A stretch of 64,000 nt of DNA from an uncultured Gammaproteobacteria bacterium. GTDB taxonomy: Bacteria; Patescibacteriota; Microgenomatia; PFEM01; JAPLYW01. Location: contig OZ246397.1 in NCBI GenBank assembly GCA_965230945.1, positions 438,284 through 502,283 on the forward strand, given 5' to 3'. Each line of letters begins with the position of its first letter. The first letter of the stretch is position 1. The notes below the pieces were generated by a model. It made no database searches. It was given only the letters and a program-made list of their open reading frames with translations, and was not told the DNA's origin. Positions 1 through 9,952 of the stretch are shown here, piece by piece. The position numbers and the translations under genes were made by a program.

Positions 1-1461
1 AAAGGTACTGCTAATCCAGTCCCTTCTATGGGGCCGGTTAAAGCCACCAATCCATGCGGAGAGCAGCCTCTATATCCCAATGAAGCTTGTAACTTGGGGA
101 GCATTAATTTGGCTTTAATGATTGACAAGAGAGGTAAGGGTCTTGATTGGAAACTGTTAGAGCGAATAGCTCGTCTGTCGACGCGCTTTTTGGACAATGT
201 TATTGAAGTAAATAAGTTTCCCTTAGATGAGATTGATAGGGTTGTTAAGCTTAATCGTCGTATTGGTTTAGGAGTAATGGGTTGGGCTGATTTACTTTTC
301 CAATTAGAAATTCCTTATCATTCTTCAGAAGCGCAGAGGTTAGCCCAAAAGATTATGAAATTTATTCAAAAAACTGCTCATCATGAGAGTCAGAAGCTGG
401 CCAAAAAAAGAGGCCCTTTCCCTAATTTTTCCAAGAGTATTTATAAAAAAGGCCCTCCTTTAAGAAATGCGACCTTAACAACCATTGCTCCAACAGGATC
501 TTTATCTATTATTGCCGGTTGTTCTTCAGGTATTGAACCCCTTTTTGCCTTATCTTTTAGACATAAAGCTAATGATCGAGAGTTAACATTTTTTAATCCT
601 TACTTTTTAGAAGCGGCTAAAAAGTATAAGTTAGATGATGAGGTTTTAGCTGAGGTGGAGAAAGCAGGCTCTCTTGAGAATCTGGATATTCCTAAAAAAT
701 TAAAGAAGGTCTTTTTAACAGCTCATCAGATTGGTTGGAGAGATCATATTAACACTCAAGCTTCTTTTCAAAAGGGAATTGATAATGCTGTTTCTAAAAC
801 CATTAATTTGGCTCATGAGGCAACTGTTAAGGAGGTTGCTGATGCCTATCTTTATGCTTTTAAAAAAGGTTGTTTAGGGATTACTGTTTACCGAGATGGC
901 TGTAAAGAAACACAGGTTTTATATGCTGGGGAAGAGAAAAAGCCGAAATTAAGACCTCAAATTAAACCAAGACCAGGTGTAGTTTCCGGTAAGACCTACC
1001 GTATTAAAACACCTGTTGGCACAGCCTTTGTCGTTGTTAATACTAATGGTGGTGGTCCTTTTGAGGTTTTTGTTAATGTTGGTAAGGCAGGGTCTGACAT
1101 TGCTGCTGACGCCGAAGCTCTTGGCCGTTTAGTTTCTTTAAATTTACGTTTGGGTTCAAGCTTTTCTTCAAGAGAGCTTTTAAAACAAATTGTCGATCAG
1201 CTAGAAGGTATTGGTGGGGGAGAAAGTATTGGTTTTGGTAAAAATAGGGTTCTTTCTTTAGCTGATGGTATTGCTAAGGTTTTGAAAGAATATTTAGGTG
1301 CTTCTAGGGAGGAAAAGGAAGCTACTCAAGTAGGAGAACAAGAGACCCTACTTGGTGTAGAAGAGAAACGTCGCGATCTTTGTCCTTCCTGTGGCCGAGC
1401 CAGTTTGATCTTTGAAGAAGGTTGCGCCAAATGTCTTTACTGCGGTTATAATAAATGTTAA
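1..1461 (+). CDS. nrdJ: Class II (adenosylcobalamin-dependent) ribonucleotide reductase, C-terminal part; 5' end lies outside the window
   Basis: Frame 1 is open from nt 1. The translation contains ATNPCGEQPLYPNEACNLGSINL (NrdJ-type active-site region) and a C-terminal CxxC...CxxC zinc ribbon (CPSCG...CAKCLYCG). Confidence 0.75.
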   Translation, partial: KGTANPVPSMGPVKATNPCGEQPLYPNEACNLGSINLALMIDKRGKGLDWKLLERIARLSTRFLDNVIEVNKFPLDEIDRVVKLNRRIGLGVMGWADLLFQLEIPYHSSEAQRLAQKIMKFIQKTAHHESQKLAKKRGPFPNFSKSIYKKGPPLRNATLTTIAPTGSLSIIAGCSSGIEPLFALSFRHKANDRELTFFNPYFLEAAKKYKLDDEVLAEVEKAGSLENLDIPKKLKKVFLTAHQIGWRDHINTQASFQKGIDNAVSKTINLAHEATVKEVADAYLYAFKKGCLGITVYRDGCKETQVLYAGEEKKPKLRPQIKPRPGVVSGKTYRIKTPVGTAFVVVNTNGGGPFEVFVNVGKAGSDIAADAEALGRLVSLNLRLGSSFSSRELLKQIVDQLEGIGGGESIGFGKNRVLSLADGIAKVLKEYLGASREEKEATQVGEQETLLGVEEKRRDLCPSCGRASLIFEEGCAKCLYCGYNKC

Positions 1462-1535
1462 TTGACATTCTAGGTATTTTGTGTTTCAATCTACGACAGA
1501 ATCATTGCCTCAAAGTTCTGCCCTGAATTTATCTA

Positions 1536-2018
1536 ATGAGTAATAAAGAGAAATTTTCTCCAAAAGAAAAAGTAGAAACTGAAGTTGAGATTAATTTAGG
1601 GAAAGAAGAAGTTGCCAAATTAGAATTTTTTAGAAAAAGCTGTGAACGTTGTATTCCTCAAATTGAGGCTGTTTTACCTAGTAAGTCGTCTGAAGGGCCC
1701 ATAGAAGACTTCTTAGATGATCAGTGGCGTTTCCTTGATTCTTTAGAGGGTATTTCCAAACAAATGCTTGAGTCTTTTAAACAGAGCACCGAATTTAGAG
1801 TAGTGCCTATGCTTAGTGCTAGGAGTAGAGATATGCTCCTTTTTTTCGAACCCGGGATGAAAGTAGCAAGCGATATTGAAAGCGATGCTGATTGGAAAAA
1901 ATTTGATTTTTTGTTTTATTATCTATACGATGATGATGAAGAAAAAGCAGAGACGATAAAAGAAAATTTAAGAGATGGGAAGACGGTCATTTTGAAGTAT
2001 GATAAAAACAAAGATTAA
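1536..2018 (+). CDS. hypothetical protein (160 aa, acidic C-terminus)
   Basis: ORF is uninterrupted and not overlapped by a longer ORF; no recognisable motif. Confidence 0.4.
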   Translation: MSNKEKFSPKEKVETEVEINLGKEEVAKLEFFRKSCERCIPQIEAVLPSKSSEGPIEDFLDDQWRFLDSLEGISKQMLESFKQSTEFRVVPMLSARSRDMLLFFEPGMKVASDIESDADWKKFDFLFYYLYDDDEEKAETIKENLRDGKTVILKYDKNKD

Positions 2019-2060
2019 TCTTCTTTTTTAGTTCTTCTTATACTATAATATAAAGATAGT

Positions 2061-2417
2061 ATGGCTCTGTCCTCAAAAGAAAGACTTACTTCTGAATACA
2101 AAGGGGAACAAGTTCCCATCGTTGAAGTTGGAATTCCGCCTGAAATAGAGTCAAATAAATATCTTAAAGAGGTTAATAAAGAAGTTTCTCTATCTCAAAA
2201 GGTAAGAGATAAGTCTGGACAAGTGGTAATGGATAATGCGACTCCTAAAGAAAAAATAACTGTTACTTTGCCCTTAACTGAGCTTGAAATGAACAAAGCT
2301 CTGCATTTGAAAGTGATTTATTCTTTACGTTGGTTGGCGGAATGGACGAAAAGATTAATAAAAATGGTAGGAAGTAAATTTGACTATCGTCATAAGATGG
2401 AAGGAGTAAGAGCATAA
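2061..2417 (+). CDS. hypothetical protein (118 aa)
   Basis: ORF sits immediately upstream of the ATPase gene on the same strand, with a 3-nt gap. Confidence 0.4.
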   Translation: MALSSKERLTSEYKGEQVPIVEVGIPPEIESNKYLKEVNKEVSLSQKVRDKSGQVVMDNATPKEKITVTLPLTELEMNKALHLKVIYSLRWLAEWTKRLIKMVGSKFDYRHKMEGVRA

Positions 2418-2420
2418 TTT

Positions 2421-4748
2421 ATGGAACAATCAAGAGCCCTAATTTCTAATCTTCAGCAAGGGGTACTAACCTTAATAATTGCACTGCTAGTCTTGATCGC
2501 TTTATTTATTTTAAGCTATATTTTTGTTTTATGGTGGCGCCATCATACAAGAGAGGAAAAATCGCTAGATTATGTTTTACTTCAGGTAGTTGTTCCTTTT
2601 GATAATGAAATTAAGATTGATGCGGCTGAACAGATGTTTGCCTCCTTGTTTTCTATAAAAAAAGGAGGTGTGTTAAGTTTTTTGCGCTTACAACCTCATA
2701 TTACCTTTGAAATTGTCGCCAAGCATGAAGATATTCGTTTTTATGTTTCTGTACCTTCCAGGTTAAAGGATATGGTAGAAAAGCAGATAAATGGGGCTTA
2801 TCCTGATGCTGAAATTTTAGAAGTACCAGAATATAATCTTTTCTCTGAAGATGGCAGGGTTGCTTTTACGGAATTTAAGCTAAAAGAATCAGCTTACTAC
2901 CCCATTAAAGTTTACAAAGATTTGCCTACTGATCCGCTTTCTTCCATAACTACCGTTTTGGCTAAGATGGGGCCAGAGGAAGGAGCGGCTATTCAGATTT
3001 TGCTTTCTCCGGCCGATAAAAAATGGCGAGTAGGTGGCAGGGATTATATAGCTGGGATTAAAAAAGCAGAATCAGATCTTAGTAAGGCTAAATTTAAGGT
3101 TGATGCTAAAGCTCTTGAAGCTATTGAAAATAAATGTAGCAAGCCTGGCTTTAGCACGGTCATAAGAATTGTTGTTTCTTCGCCGAATGAAAGAATGGCT
3201 AAATCTCATCTGGATAATATTAAGTCTGTTTTTGAGCAGTTTTCTTCTGACCTAAATCGTTTTGGCAAAAGGAGAATTTGGTGGAAGACTGGTTTTATGG
3301 TTGATTTTATTTACCGTTATCAGCCGATGTTTAGAAATAAGACGATCCTTAATTCTGAAGAGCTGGCTACCGTTTTTCATTTTCCCAACAAACAGGTGGA
3401 AACGCCCCATATCCATTGGCTTTATTCTAAAAGAGCCCCAGCCCCGATTAAGATTCCTAAAGAAGGTTTATATTTAGGTAAAAGTACCTATCGGGGAGTA
3501 AGTAAACCCGTTTATCTTTCTGATGATGATCGACGTCGCCATCTTTACATTATTGGCAAGACAGGGACAGGGAAAACAGAAATTTTAAGAGATTTAATTC
3601 TTCAAGATATTAAGGCAGGAAGAGGAGTTTGCTTGATCGATCCTCATGACTTAGCAGAAGATTTGTTGGCCTATATTCCCCCTGAGCGAGCTGAAGATGT
3701 TATCTACTTTGATCCTTCAGATACGCAAAGACCGATGGGATTAAATCTCCTTGAGGCCTATGATGAAGAACAAAAGCATATGGTTACGACCGCAATTATC
3801 AACTTAATGTATAAACTCTACGATCCTTATAAAACTGGTATCATCGGGCCTCGTTTTGAACATGCCATTCGTAATGCTATGTTGACGGTGATGAGCGAGA
3901 AAGGAAGTACCTTTATTGAAGTCGTTCGCTGTTTGACTGATGCTAATTTTGTTCAAGAATTACTGCCTAAGGTTAAAGATCCAATTATTCGCAGATACTG
4001 GACTGATCAAATTGCCCAAACTTCAGATTTCCATAAATCAGAAGTTCTTGATTATATTGTTTCTAAGTTTGGTAGGTTTGTGACCAACAAAGCTATGAGG
4101 AATATTATTGGCCAGTCAAAATCAGCTTTTGATTTTCGTAAAGTTATGGATGAGGGTAAAATTTTAATTATTAATCTGGCTAAAGGTAAGATTGGTGAAG
4201 AGAATTCTAGCTTTCTAGGGTTGGTGCTTATTCCTAAGATTTTGGCAGCGGCTATGTCTCGAGCTGATGTTCCTGAAGAGCAAAGAAAAGATTTCTATTT
4301 ATATGTTGATGAGTTTCAGAATTTTGCCACTCCTGATTTTGCTCAAATTCTTTCTGAAGCCAGGAAGTTTCATCTTAATTTAACGGTAGCCAATCAGTTT
4401 ATCGGTCAGATGGATGAAGAGGTTAAAAACGCGGTTTTTGGTAATATTGGCAGCTTAGTTGCTTTTAGAGTGGGGGTTACCGATGCTAACTATTTACAAA
4501 GAGAATTCCAGCCAGTTTTCGGTGAAGATGATCTTTTAAATATTGAAAGATTCCATGTTTACATTAAAACCATTGTTAAGAATGAACCCGTGCCTGCTTT
4601 TTCTATGGAATTAACTAAAGATATGGAGCAGATGAAAAAACTAAGAAATCCAAAATTAGCCGAGATGATAAAAGAACTTTCCAGATTAAAGTATGGGGTT
4701 GATAGAGAAGTAATAGAAGCTGAAATTAACCAGCGCGCTAGACTTTAA
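2421..4748 (+). CDS. Membrane-anchored FtsK/HerA/VirD4(TraD/TraG)-like P-loop ATPase (type IV secretion / DNA-translocation-type coupling ATPase family)
   Basis: N-terminal TM helix (LTLIIALLVLIALFILSYIFVLWW). Walker A is YIIGKTGTGKTE and Walker B is LYVDEFQNFAT. The protein is clearly paralogous along its whole length to ORF 40695-42872. Confidence 0.6.
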   Translation: MEQSRALISNLQQGVLTLIIALLVLIALFILSYIFVLWWRHHTREEKSLDYVLLQVVVPFDNEIKIDAAEQMFASLFSIKKGGVLSFLRLQPHITFEIVAKHEDIRFYVSVPSRLKDMVEKQINGAYPDAEILEVPEYNLFSEDGRVAFTEFKLKESAYYPIKVYKDLPTDPLSSITTVLAKMGPEEGAAIQILLSPADKKWRVGGRDYIAGIKKAESDLSKAKFKVDAKALEAIENKCSKPGFSTVIRIVVSSPNERMAKSHLDNIKSVFEQFSSDLNRFGKRRIWWKTGFMVDFIYRYQPMFRNKTILNSEELATVFHFPNKQVETPHIHWLYSKRAPAPIKIPKEGLYLGKSTYRGVSKPVYLSDDDRRRHLYIIGKTGTGKTEILRDLILQDIKAGRGVCLIDPHDLAEDLLAYIPPERAEDVIYFDPSDTQRPMGLNLLEAYDEEQKHMVTTAIINLMYKLYDPYKTGIIGPRFEHAIRNAMLTVMSEKGSTFIEVVRCLTDANFVQELLPKVKDPIIRRYWTDQIAQTSDFHKSEVLDYIVSKFGRFVTNKAMRNIIGQSKSAFDFRKVMDEGKILIINLAKGKIGEENSSFLGLVLIPKILAAAMSRADVPEEQRKDFYLYVDEFQNFATPDFAQILSEARKFHLNLTVANQFIGQMDEEVKNAVFGNIGSLVAFRVGVTDANYLQREFQPVFGEDDLLNIERFHVYIKTIVKNEPVPAFSMELTKDMEQMKKLRNPKLAEMIKELSRLKYGVDREVIEAEINQRARL

Positions 4749-4792
4749 GCCTTCAAATTTGATAAAATTATATTTGACTTCCTTTAGATTTT

Positions 4793-4864
4793 GGGCCTGT
4801 AGTTTAACGGTTAAAATGGGATTCTTATAAAGTCCAGTAGAAGGTTCGACTCCTTCCAGGCCCA
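4793..4864 (+). tRNA. tRNA with anticodon UAU (Ile, AUA-decoding type)
   Basis: Manual cloverleaf: acceptor GGGCCTG/CAGGCCC; D-arm gttt-aacggtta-aaat with G18G19; anticodon stem ggatt/agtcc with loop cTTATaa (U33 present); T-arm gaagg-TTCGACT-ccttc; discriminator A. Confidence 0.55.
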
Positions 4865-4941
4865 CTCTAGCTTTTTTAATTTTAGACTTTGGTGTTTTAA
4901 TAGTCTTGACTCTTTGGGTTTCTTTCGGATAAAATAAGCTT

Positions 4942-6132
4942 ATGGAAAAGATACAGCGTCCTTTGGCTGATCGTATTCGTCCCCGAAAACTTGCTGAATT
5001 TGTCGGCCAGGAACATTTGGTGGGCAAGAAGGGGTTGATTCGTCAACTGATTGAGTCTGACCAAATTCCTTCAATGATCTTTTGGGGACCTCCAGGATCA
5101 GGAAAGACAACTTTGGCCCGAATTATTGCCGAAGCAACCCAAAGTCACTTTTTGTATCATTCAGCTGTGGCCACTACCCTTAAGGATGTTCGTGAAGCAG
5201 TTGGGGCGGCAAAAGAAAGACTTCAGGCTTACAACAAAAAAACGATTTTCTTTTTAGATGAAATTCATCGTTTTAACAAAGCACAACAAGATGCCTTTTT
5301 ACCTCACGTTGAAACTGGTACGATAATTTTAATTGGGGCGACAACGGAAAATCCTAGTTTTGAAGTCATCGGGCCCTTGCTTTCTCGGAGCCGTGTTTTT
5401 GTCTTAAACCAACTTTCAATTGAAGAATTGAAGATGATTATTAAAAGAGGCCTGAAGGAATTAAAGGTGACCATGGAACCAAAAGCACTTCAGCTTCTGA
5501 TGGATTTAAGTAATGGCGATGCACGAGTATCCTTAAACGCGATTGAGATTGCCGCTTCGACTTTGAAAAGAAAGAAAAAGATAAGCTTTTCCTTGATAAA
5601 AGATGTTTTCCAGAAAAAATCTCTTTTTTACGACCAAGGAGGGGAAGAACATTACAACACTATTAGCTCTTACTTGAAAAGTATGAGGGCTAGTAATGTT
5701 GATGCCGCTTTGTATTATCTTGCCCGTATGGTTGAGGCAGGGGAGGACCCAAAGTTTATTGCCAGAAGAATGGTGGTATTTGCTTCCGAAGATGTAGCCT
5801 CTCCAACTGCTTTAGTGGTCGCTAACGCTGTTTTTAGAGCCTGTGAAACTGTAGGCTACCCAGAATGTCAGGAAAACCTGGCTGCTGGTACTGTTTATCT
5901 TGCCCAAGCTCCTAAAGACCGTAGGGCTTATAACGCTTATATGAAAGCCTTGGATGATGTCAAAAAATTTGGCAACCTTCCCATTCCTCTTAATTTAAGA
6001 AATCCTGTCACAAAATTGATGAAGAAAGTAGGATATGGGAAAGGATATAACAAATATACCAAAGATGATTTACTACCAGAGAAATTAAAAGGTAAAAAGT
6101 ATTATAAGGGTAATGATAGTAGCAGTAGATGA
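4942..6132 (+). CDS. rarA: Replication-associated recombination protein A (AAA+ ATPase RarA/MgsA)
   Basis: N-terminus LADRIRPRKLAEFVGQEHLVGKKGLIRQLIESDQIPSMIFWGPPGSGKTTLA is the RarA signature with Walker A; length 396 aa. Confidence 0.85.
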   Translation: MEKIQRPLADRIRPRKLAEFVGQEHLVGKKGLIRQLIESDQIPSMIFWGPPGSGKTTLARIIAEATQSHFLYHSAVATTLKDVREAVGAAKERLQAYNKKTIFFLDEIHRFNKAQQDAFLPHVETGTIILIGATTENPSFEVIGPLLSRSRVFVLNQLSIEELKMIIKRGLKELKVTMEPKALQLLMDLSNGDARVSLNAIEIAASTLKRKKKISFSLIKDVFQKKSLFYDQGGEEHYNTISSYLKSMRASNVDAALYYLARMVEAGEDPKFIARRMVVFASEDVASPTALVVANAVFRACETVGYPECQENLAAGTVYLAQAPKDRRAYNAYMKALDDVKKFGNLPIPLNLRNPVTKLMKKVGYGKGYNKYTKDDLLPEKLKGKKYYKGNDSSSR

Positions 6133-7096
6133 AACAGGTAGTTTTAATGAAAGCGGTTCTTTGGAATACGGCTTAGTTACTCTTGTTACAGTTACAGACA
6201 ATGAATGGAAGAAGTTCGTAAGACTAATGGATGGGTTATATCCTAATGGCTGGAAAGAAATAAAAGGAACAAACATTACAATTGAGAACCGGCAAAAAAT
6301 CTTAAAATATATTGGCAAAAAACAAGAAATTAGATACACTTCATTCCTATGTGATTTAACACCTGGTACTGATTCGTGGGTTAATTGGCATAAAAACGAA
6401 CAAGTTAAAAAAGTTGAGAAGTCAATTATATTGGTTAAAGAAAAACAAGGACACCCAAACCTAATCAGAGAATTAGAGTTGATTAGAAACCAAATCCGTA
6501 ACCAATCTGTAGGTGATTATTCCAAGTTTATAATGATTTTTGAGCTGTATGTTCAATGGCAAAGATTTTTCCAGTTTGACTATGTCTTTACTCATCCTAC
6601 TAATGACAGTTGGGAAATAAGACACATAGTAGATACACAAAATAAACCAGATAAGTTTAAATGGCTATTAAAAAGTATGTTGAATTTAACTACCAGTGAG
6701 CTTAACCCAGATTATGGAATCTTTTCTCCAAAAGAATGGCCAGCCAGTCATCCGTTCAATAAAATATATGGGGTGGAAGGACAGACTCATAGATTAAATG
6801 CTAAGCTGTTTTATAAAAACTTTAAGATTGGCAATGAGCTTCAAGATTTAGAATTGTTACTACCAGATTTAATAGGAAACTCTATCCATAAATCAATTAA
6901 ACACAGTAAGAATAAATCGTGGTTAAAATTGTTAAAAAGGTTGAAAAGCAACCGTTCTTTAACCATTACAAATAAAGTTTATGGTAACAATCATCAGTAT
7001 TATTTAATTAGAGGCTTTGACAGATTACGCTCCAAAAAATCTGTTAATCCAGTCCTAAAAGAGCATTGTCTATTGATGTCAAAAATACAAAAATAA
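6113..7096 (+). CDS. hypothetical protein, possibly DUF3800-like
   Basis: N-terminus MIVAVDETGSF resembles the DESG start of DUF3800 proteins; otherwise unrecognised. Overlaps the rarA stop by 20 nt. Confidence 0.35.
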   Translation: MIVAVDETGSFNESGSLEYGLVTLVTVTDNEWKKFVRLMDGLYPNGWKEIKGTNITIENRQKILKYIGKKQEIRYTSFLCDLTPGTDSWVNWHKNEQVKKVEKSIILVKEKQGHPNLIRELELIRNQIRNQSVGDYSKFIMIFELYVQWQRFFQFDYVFTHPTNDSWEIRHIVDTQNKPDKFKWLLKSMLNLTTSELNPDYGIFSPKEWPASHPFNKIYGVEGQTHRLNAKLFYKNFKIGNELQDLELLLPDLIGNSIHKSIKHSKNKSWLKLLKRLKSNRSLTITNKVYGNNHQYYLIRGFDRLRSKKSVNPVLKEHCLLMSKIQK

Positions 7097-7261
7097 AAAT
7101 AGTTTTTGATTATTGAGGCTGGAAATGAGATTGAGAAATCCATACAGGTATATTATTCTAATTAAAGTGCGGGTATGTGGTAATATAAAAAGGACAATAT
7201 GGTGAAAAAGATAGTAGTTAGTTTAAGGAAATGAGAATAAAGGAAAAATTTTGAGGCAATA

Positions 7262-7729
7262 ATGAAACAAAGACCTATTTTAGGCAAAGATATTCCGTGG
7301 AGTGTTATAGATGGAGAGCTTTGCCGTGTTATACGGTTTACTCCTTTTGCAAAGATAGAAAATAAAAAAGTTCGGGCAGTTGCTTCATATACACCATATG
7401 CTTTCCTAACAGTGGAGTGTAAAAAATTTAAACAGAATGCAGACTTATGGGTTACACATAAAATAGATTTTATAAATCTTTCGGAAGCCTTTGGGCAAAG
7501 AAAAATAAAAGATGGAGAGGAAGTACTGATTATTTGGTCAGTCAATCATTATAAATATAAATTGTACAAAATTTTCTCCTTTATTTTTCCAAAGATATGG
7601 GTAATGATTTGTCCCAAAAATGCCTATGAAATAGAAACTAATCCAAATTTCCGACCGGAATTGACAGGTGAGGCACGATTTTTAGCATTCAGACCCATCA
7701 AAGAGTGGGAGCCAGAAGTAATGGGTTAA
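7262..7729 (+). CDS. hypothetical protein (155 aa)
   Basis: ORF only; an alternative antisense ORF 7162-7545 overlaps it, so the coding strand is uncertain. Confidence 0.3.
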   Translation: MKQRPILGKDIPWSVIDGELCRVIRFTPFAKIENKKVRAVASYTPYAFLTVECKKFKQNADLWVTHKIDFINLSEAFGQRKIKDGEEVLIIWSVNHYKYKLYKIFSFIFPKIWVMICPKNAYEIETNPNFRPELTGEARFLAFRPIKEWEPEVMG

Positions 7730-7971
7730 AGAATTCAATTTTTCTTAAATTCCCGCAAAAACTAGTCCGAACATCGTCCACAATAGGGAGCTGGGAATTT
7801 TGAGCTTTTTTCGTGTCCTGATTATTTCCTGCTCAAAATCTTTATTTTTCTCAAGAGCCTTGATCAAGTAATAGTAAGATGTGTCAAGAACGCCCTGTTG
7901 TAAAGAGCTTTCACATCAAAAGAAGGATTGAAAAAAATAGAAACTTAGTTTCTAGACAAACCGGAGAAAAT

Positions 7972-8000
7972 AACCCCGAAAGGGGTTGTTTTTTTTATTT
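7972..8000 (+). terminator. Rho-independent terminator (aaccccgaaaggggtt + T-run)
   Basis: GC hairpin AACCCCGAAAGGGGTT followed by TTGTTTTTTTTATTT. Confidence 0.5.
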
Positions 8001-8139
8001 AATAATTATTGATGCTAGCTATTGAGAAAAGTTAAGAAGAGAGAAGAACCATCAGAACATCAATTCTAAGGTTTTGAGAGGTCATTAGACGAGGCTGAGT
8101 TTTGGTTCTAAAGACCTTAAAAATCCGAGAGGTAGTAAG

Positions 8140-8550
8140 ATGGACATGATAACCTCCAAGTGGTATATAATAAAGAAAATGGCTGAAAAAAAGAAAGAAA
8201 CATTTAAGTTCTATATGTCTGAGGGAGAACTTAAAAAAGCAGGCACTTCTTCTTCTGAAGTCTTTGAAGCTTTTTTTGGAAAAAATAAGAAAGAGGGTAA
8301 AGCAATGATGCTTATAAGCTGGCTAATTATTTCAGTGGCTTTAATCTCGGTCTGGGAGGTATTGCTACGTATCATCCCTGAAGGATGGGCTTTGGTTCCT
8401 GTAAATATTTTCTGCTTCCTGGCAAGTTTTACGATTGGAGCTTTCGGTTATTTGCCAGCATTTCGTCAGTGGATGAAACCTCTATTAGCTTGGTTCTGTG
8501 CTTTAGCATTATGGTTCCTAGTATTTGTAGTTGTTCGTAGTCTATTTTAA
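8140..8550 (+). CDS. hypothetical membrane protein (3 predicted TM)
   Basis: ORF with hydrophobic helices; first of a co-directional run of five small ORFs. Confidence 0.4.
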   Translation: MDMITSKWYIIKKMAEKKKETFKFYMSEGELKKAGTSSSEVFEAFFGKNKKEGKAMMLISWLIISVALISVWEVLLRIIPEGWALVPVNIFCFLASFTIGAFGYLPAFRQWMKPLLAWFCALALWFLVFVVVRSLF

Positions 8551-8629
8551 AGCTTAAAAAAGGAGGCCAAACTAATTTTGATGATTGTAAGAATATCGCG
8601 ACTTACAAGGTGGGAGAGAAAGAGTTGTA

Positions 8630-8869
8630 TTGAGTATGGCTAAAAAAGTTACCATCATTGCTTTAATAATCGGTTTAGCTTTTTTGGCCTACTGGTTTCA
8701 ATATAGGCTACAAAAACTAGAGGAAGCCTCTAAATTATTAAAAGAAACCTTGGGGGTTTGTGAAGTTGTGCCGAAGGCATATGATAGATATATGCCCACT
8801 ACCAAAGGTTATGAAGATGAACTTGATAGGTGTGCCAACACTTATATTAAGCTAAAAAACAGATTATAG
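8630..8869 (+). CDS. hypothetical small protein with N-terminal TM helix
   Basis: ORF preceded by AAAAAGGAGG; single TM followed by a soluble tail with 2 Cys. Confidence 0.35.
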   Translation: MSMAKKVTIIALIIGLAFLAYWFQYRLQKLEEASKLLKETLGVCEVVPKAYDRYMPTTKGYEDELDRCANTYIKLKNRL

Positions 8870-8920
8870 GAATTTTTAAAAGGAGGCTCAAGCCTTGAGG
8901 AGGAAGGAGGTGAAAAAATT

Positions 8921-9451
8921 ATGAGAAAGATTTTAGGGTCACCTTTTAAAATTCTGGACATTAGAGGATTTTTTATGAATAAGATTTTTGCCTATATAGA
9001 TTCTCATATCATTTGGGTTGTTATTGTGGCTCTAATGTTTTGGTTTGCTGGATGGTTTGTTTCTGGTTTTCCTCCACTTGGTCTCTTATTCCTTGTTGCT
9101 TTTGGGATTTACTTTTTTAGAGGGTTCAGGCGTGAGATGAAGGCGGGCATCCAAATCCAGCGTACAAGATTTATTCATACGGGTGTTGTAAAATTCATCT
9201 TATTCCTTTTTTTGTTTTTTGTCCTATCCGGAATCGCAAAAATAATAATGCTATTCACCTTATGGACGTTTGTTTGGATTGGTAGAGGGGCAGAAGTAGC
9301 AGACGAGGCCGTAATGCATAATCAAAAACTAGTGTATGGCCAAACAGACATTTTCATCGCATTGCCAGTTGTAGTAATTTTGACATTGCTGTACCTGCGA
9401 TACTTAAAACAAAAGAGGTCGGCAGAAGAATTGAGTGTAGGCAAAAATTAA
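8921..9451 (+). CDS. hypothetical polytopic membrane protein (about 4 TM)
   Basis: Strong SD (GGAGGAAGGAGGTG) 8 nt upstream of the ATG; hydrophobic segments. Confidence 0.4.
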   Translation: MRKILGSPFKILDIRGFFMNKIFAYIDSHIIWVVIVALMFWFAGWFVSGFPPLGLLFLVAFGIYFFRGFRREMKAGIQIQRTRFIHTGVVKFILFLFLFFVLSGIAKIIMLFTLWTFVWIGRGAEVADEAVMHNQKLVYGQTDIFIALPVVVILTLLYLRYLKQKRSAEELSVGKN

Positions 9452-9475
9452 CACATTTTAACCGCTGGGTTTTAA

Positions 9476-9952
9476 TTGATTTTATGTCGGCTAGAATTAA
9501 AATCAGAATTATTGAAAAATTTAATGAATATACTATATATTACAAAAGGTATTATCGGGGGGTTTTTATTAAAAATATTTCCTTCCTGGGGCCCTAAAGG
9601 CGTCATAGATACACAAATTATTGTTTATAATCGTCTAAAAAGAAAGTTTCCTAAGACGTCTGAAAACGATATATTAAATTCTCTTATAATGTCCAGAGTA
9701 AAAGCTTCTCCACGTGTCGCTTCCTTGCAAAACGAATATATTCATTACGAGTTGCTTTTGCAAAATCCCGATAAAACACTTGAAGATGTAATTTGGGAGA
9801 TAATCAATTATGAATATTTTGAAAGCAGAAAGGATTATTTGAAAAAGAAAATTCCTTCTAAGACCCTAATAGAAGCTAGATTAGAAGCGAAGCAATATAT
9901 AAAGAATAAAGTTACAAAAATAAAAAATGAGCAAAGACTTAATAAAATATAA
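9476..9952 (+). CDS. hypothetical soluble protein (158 aa; start may be a downstream Met)
   Basis: ORF only. Confidence 0.3.
   Translation: MILCRLELKSELLKNLMNILYITKGIIGGFLLKIFPSWGPKGVIDTQIIVYNRLKRKFPKTSENDILNSLIMSRVKASPRVASLQNEYIHYELLLQNPDKTLEDVIWEIINYEYFESRKDYLKKKIPSKTLIEARLEAKQYIKNKVTKIKNEQRLNKI

Noticed and set aside
4686-5027. 113-aa minus-strand ORF
   Set aside because: Overlaps the tRNA at 4793-4864 and the rarA start; no coding support.
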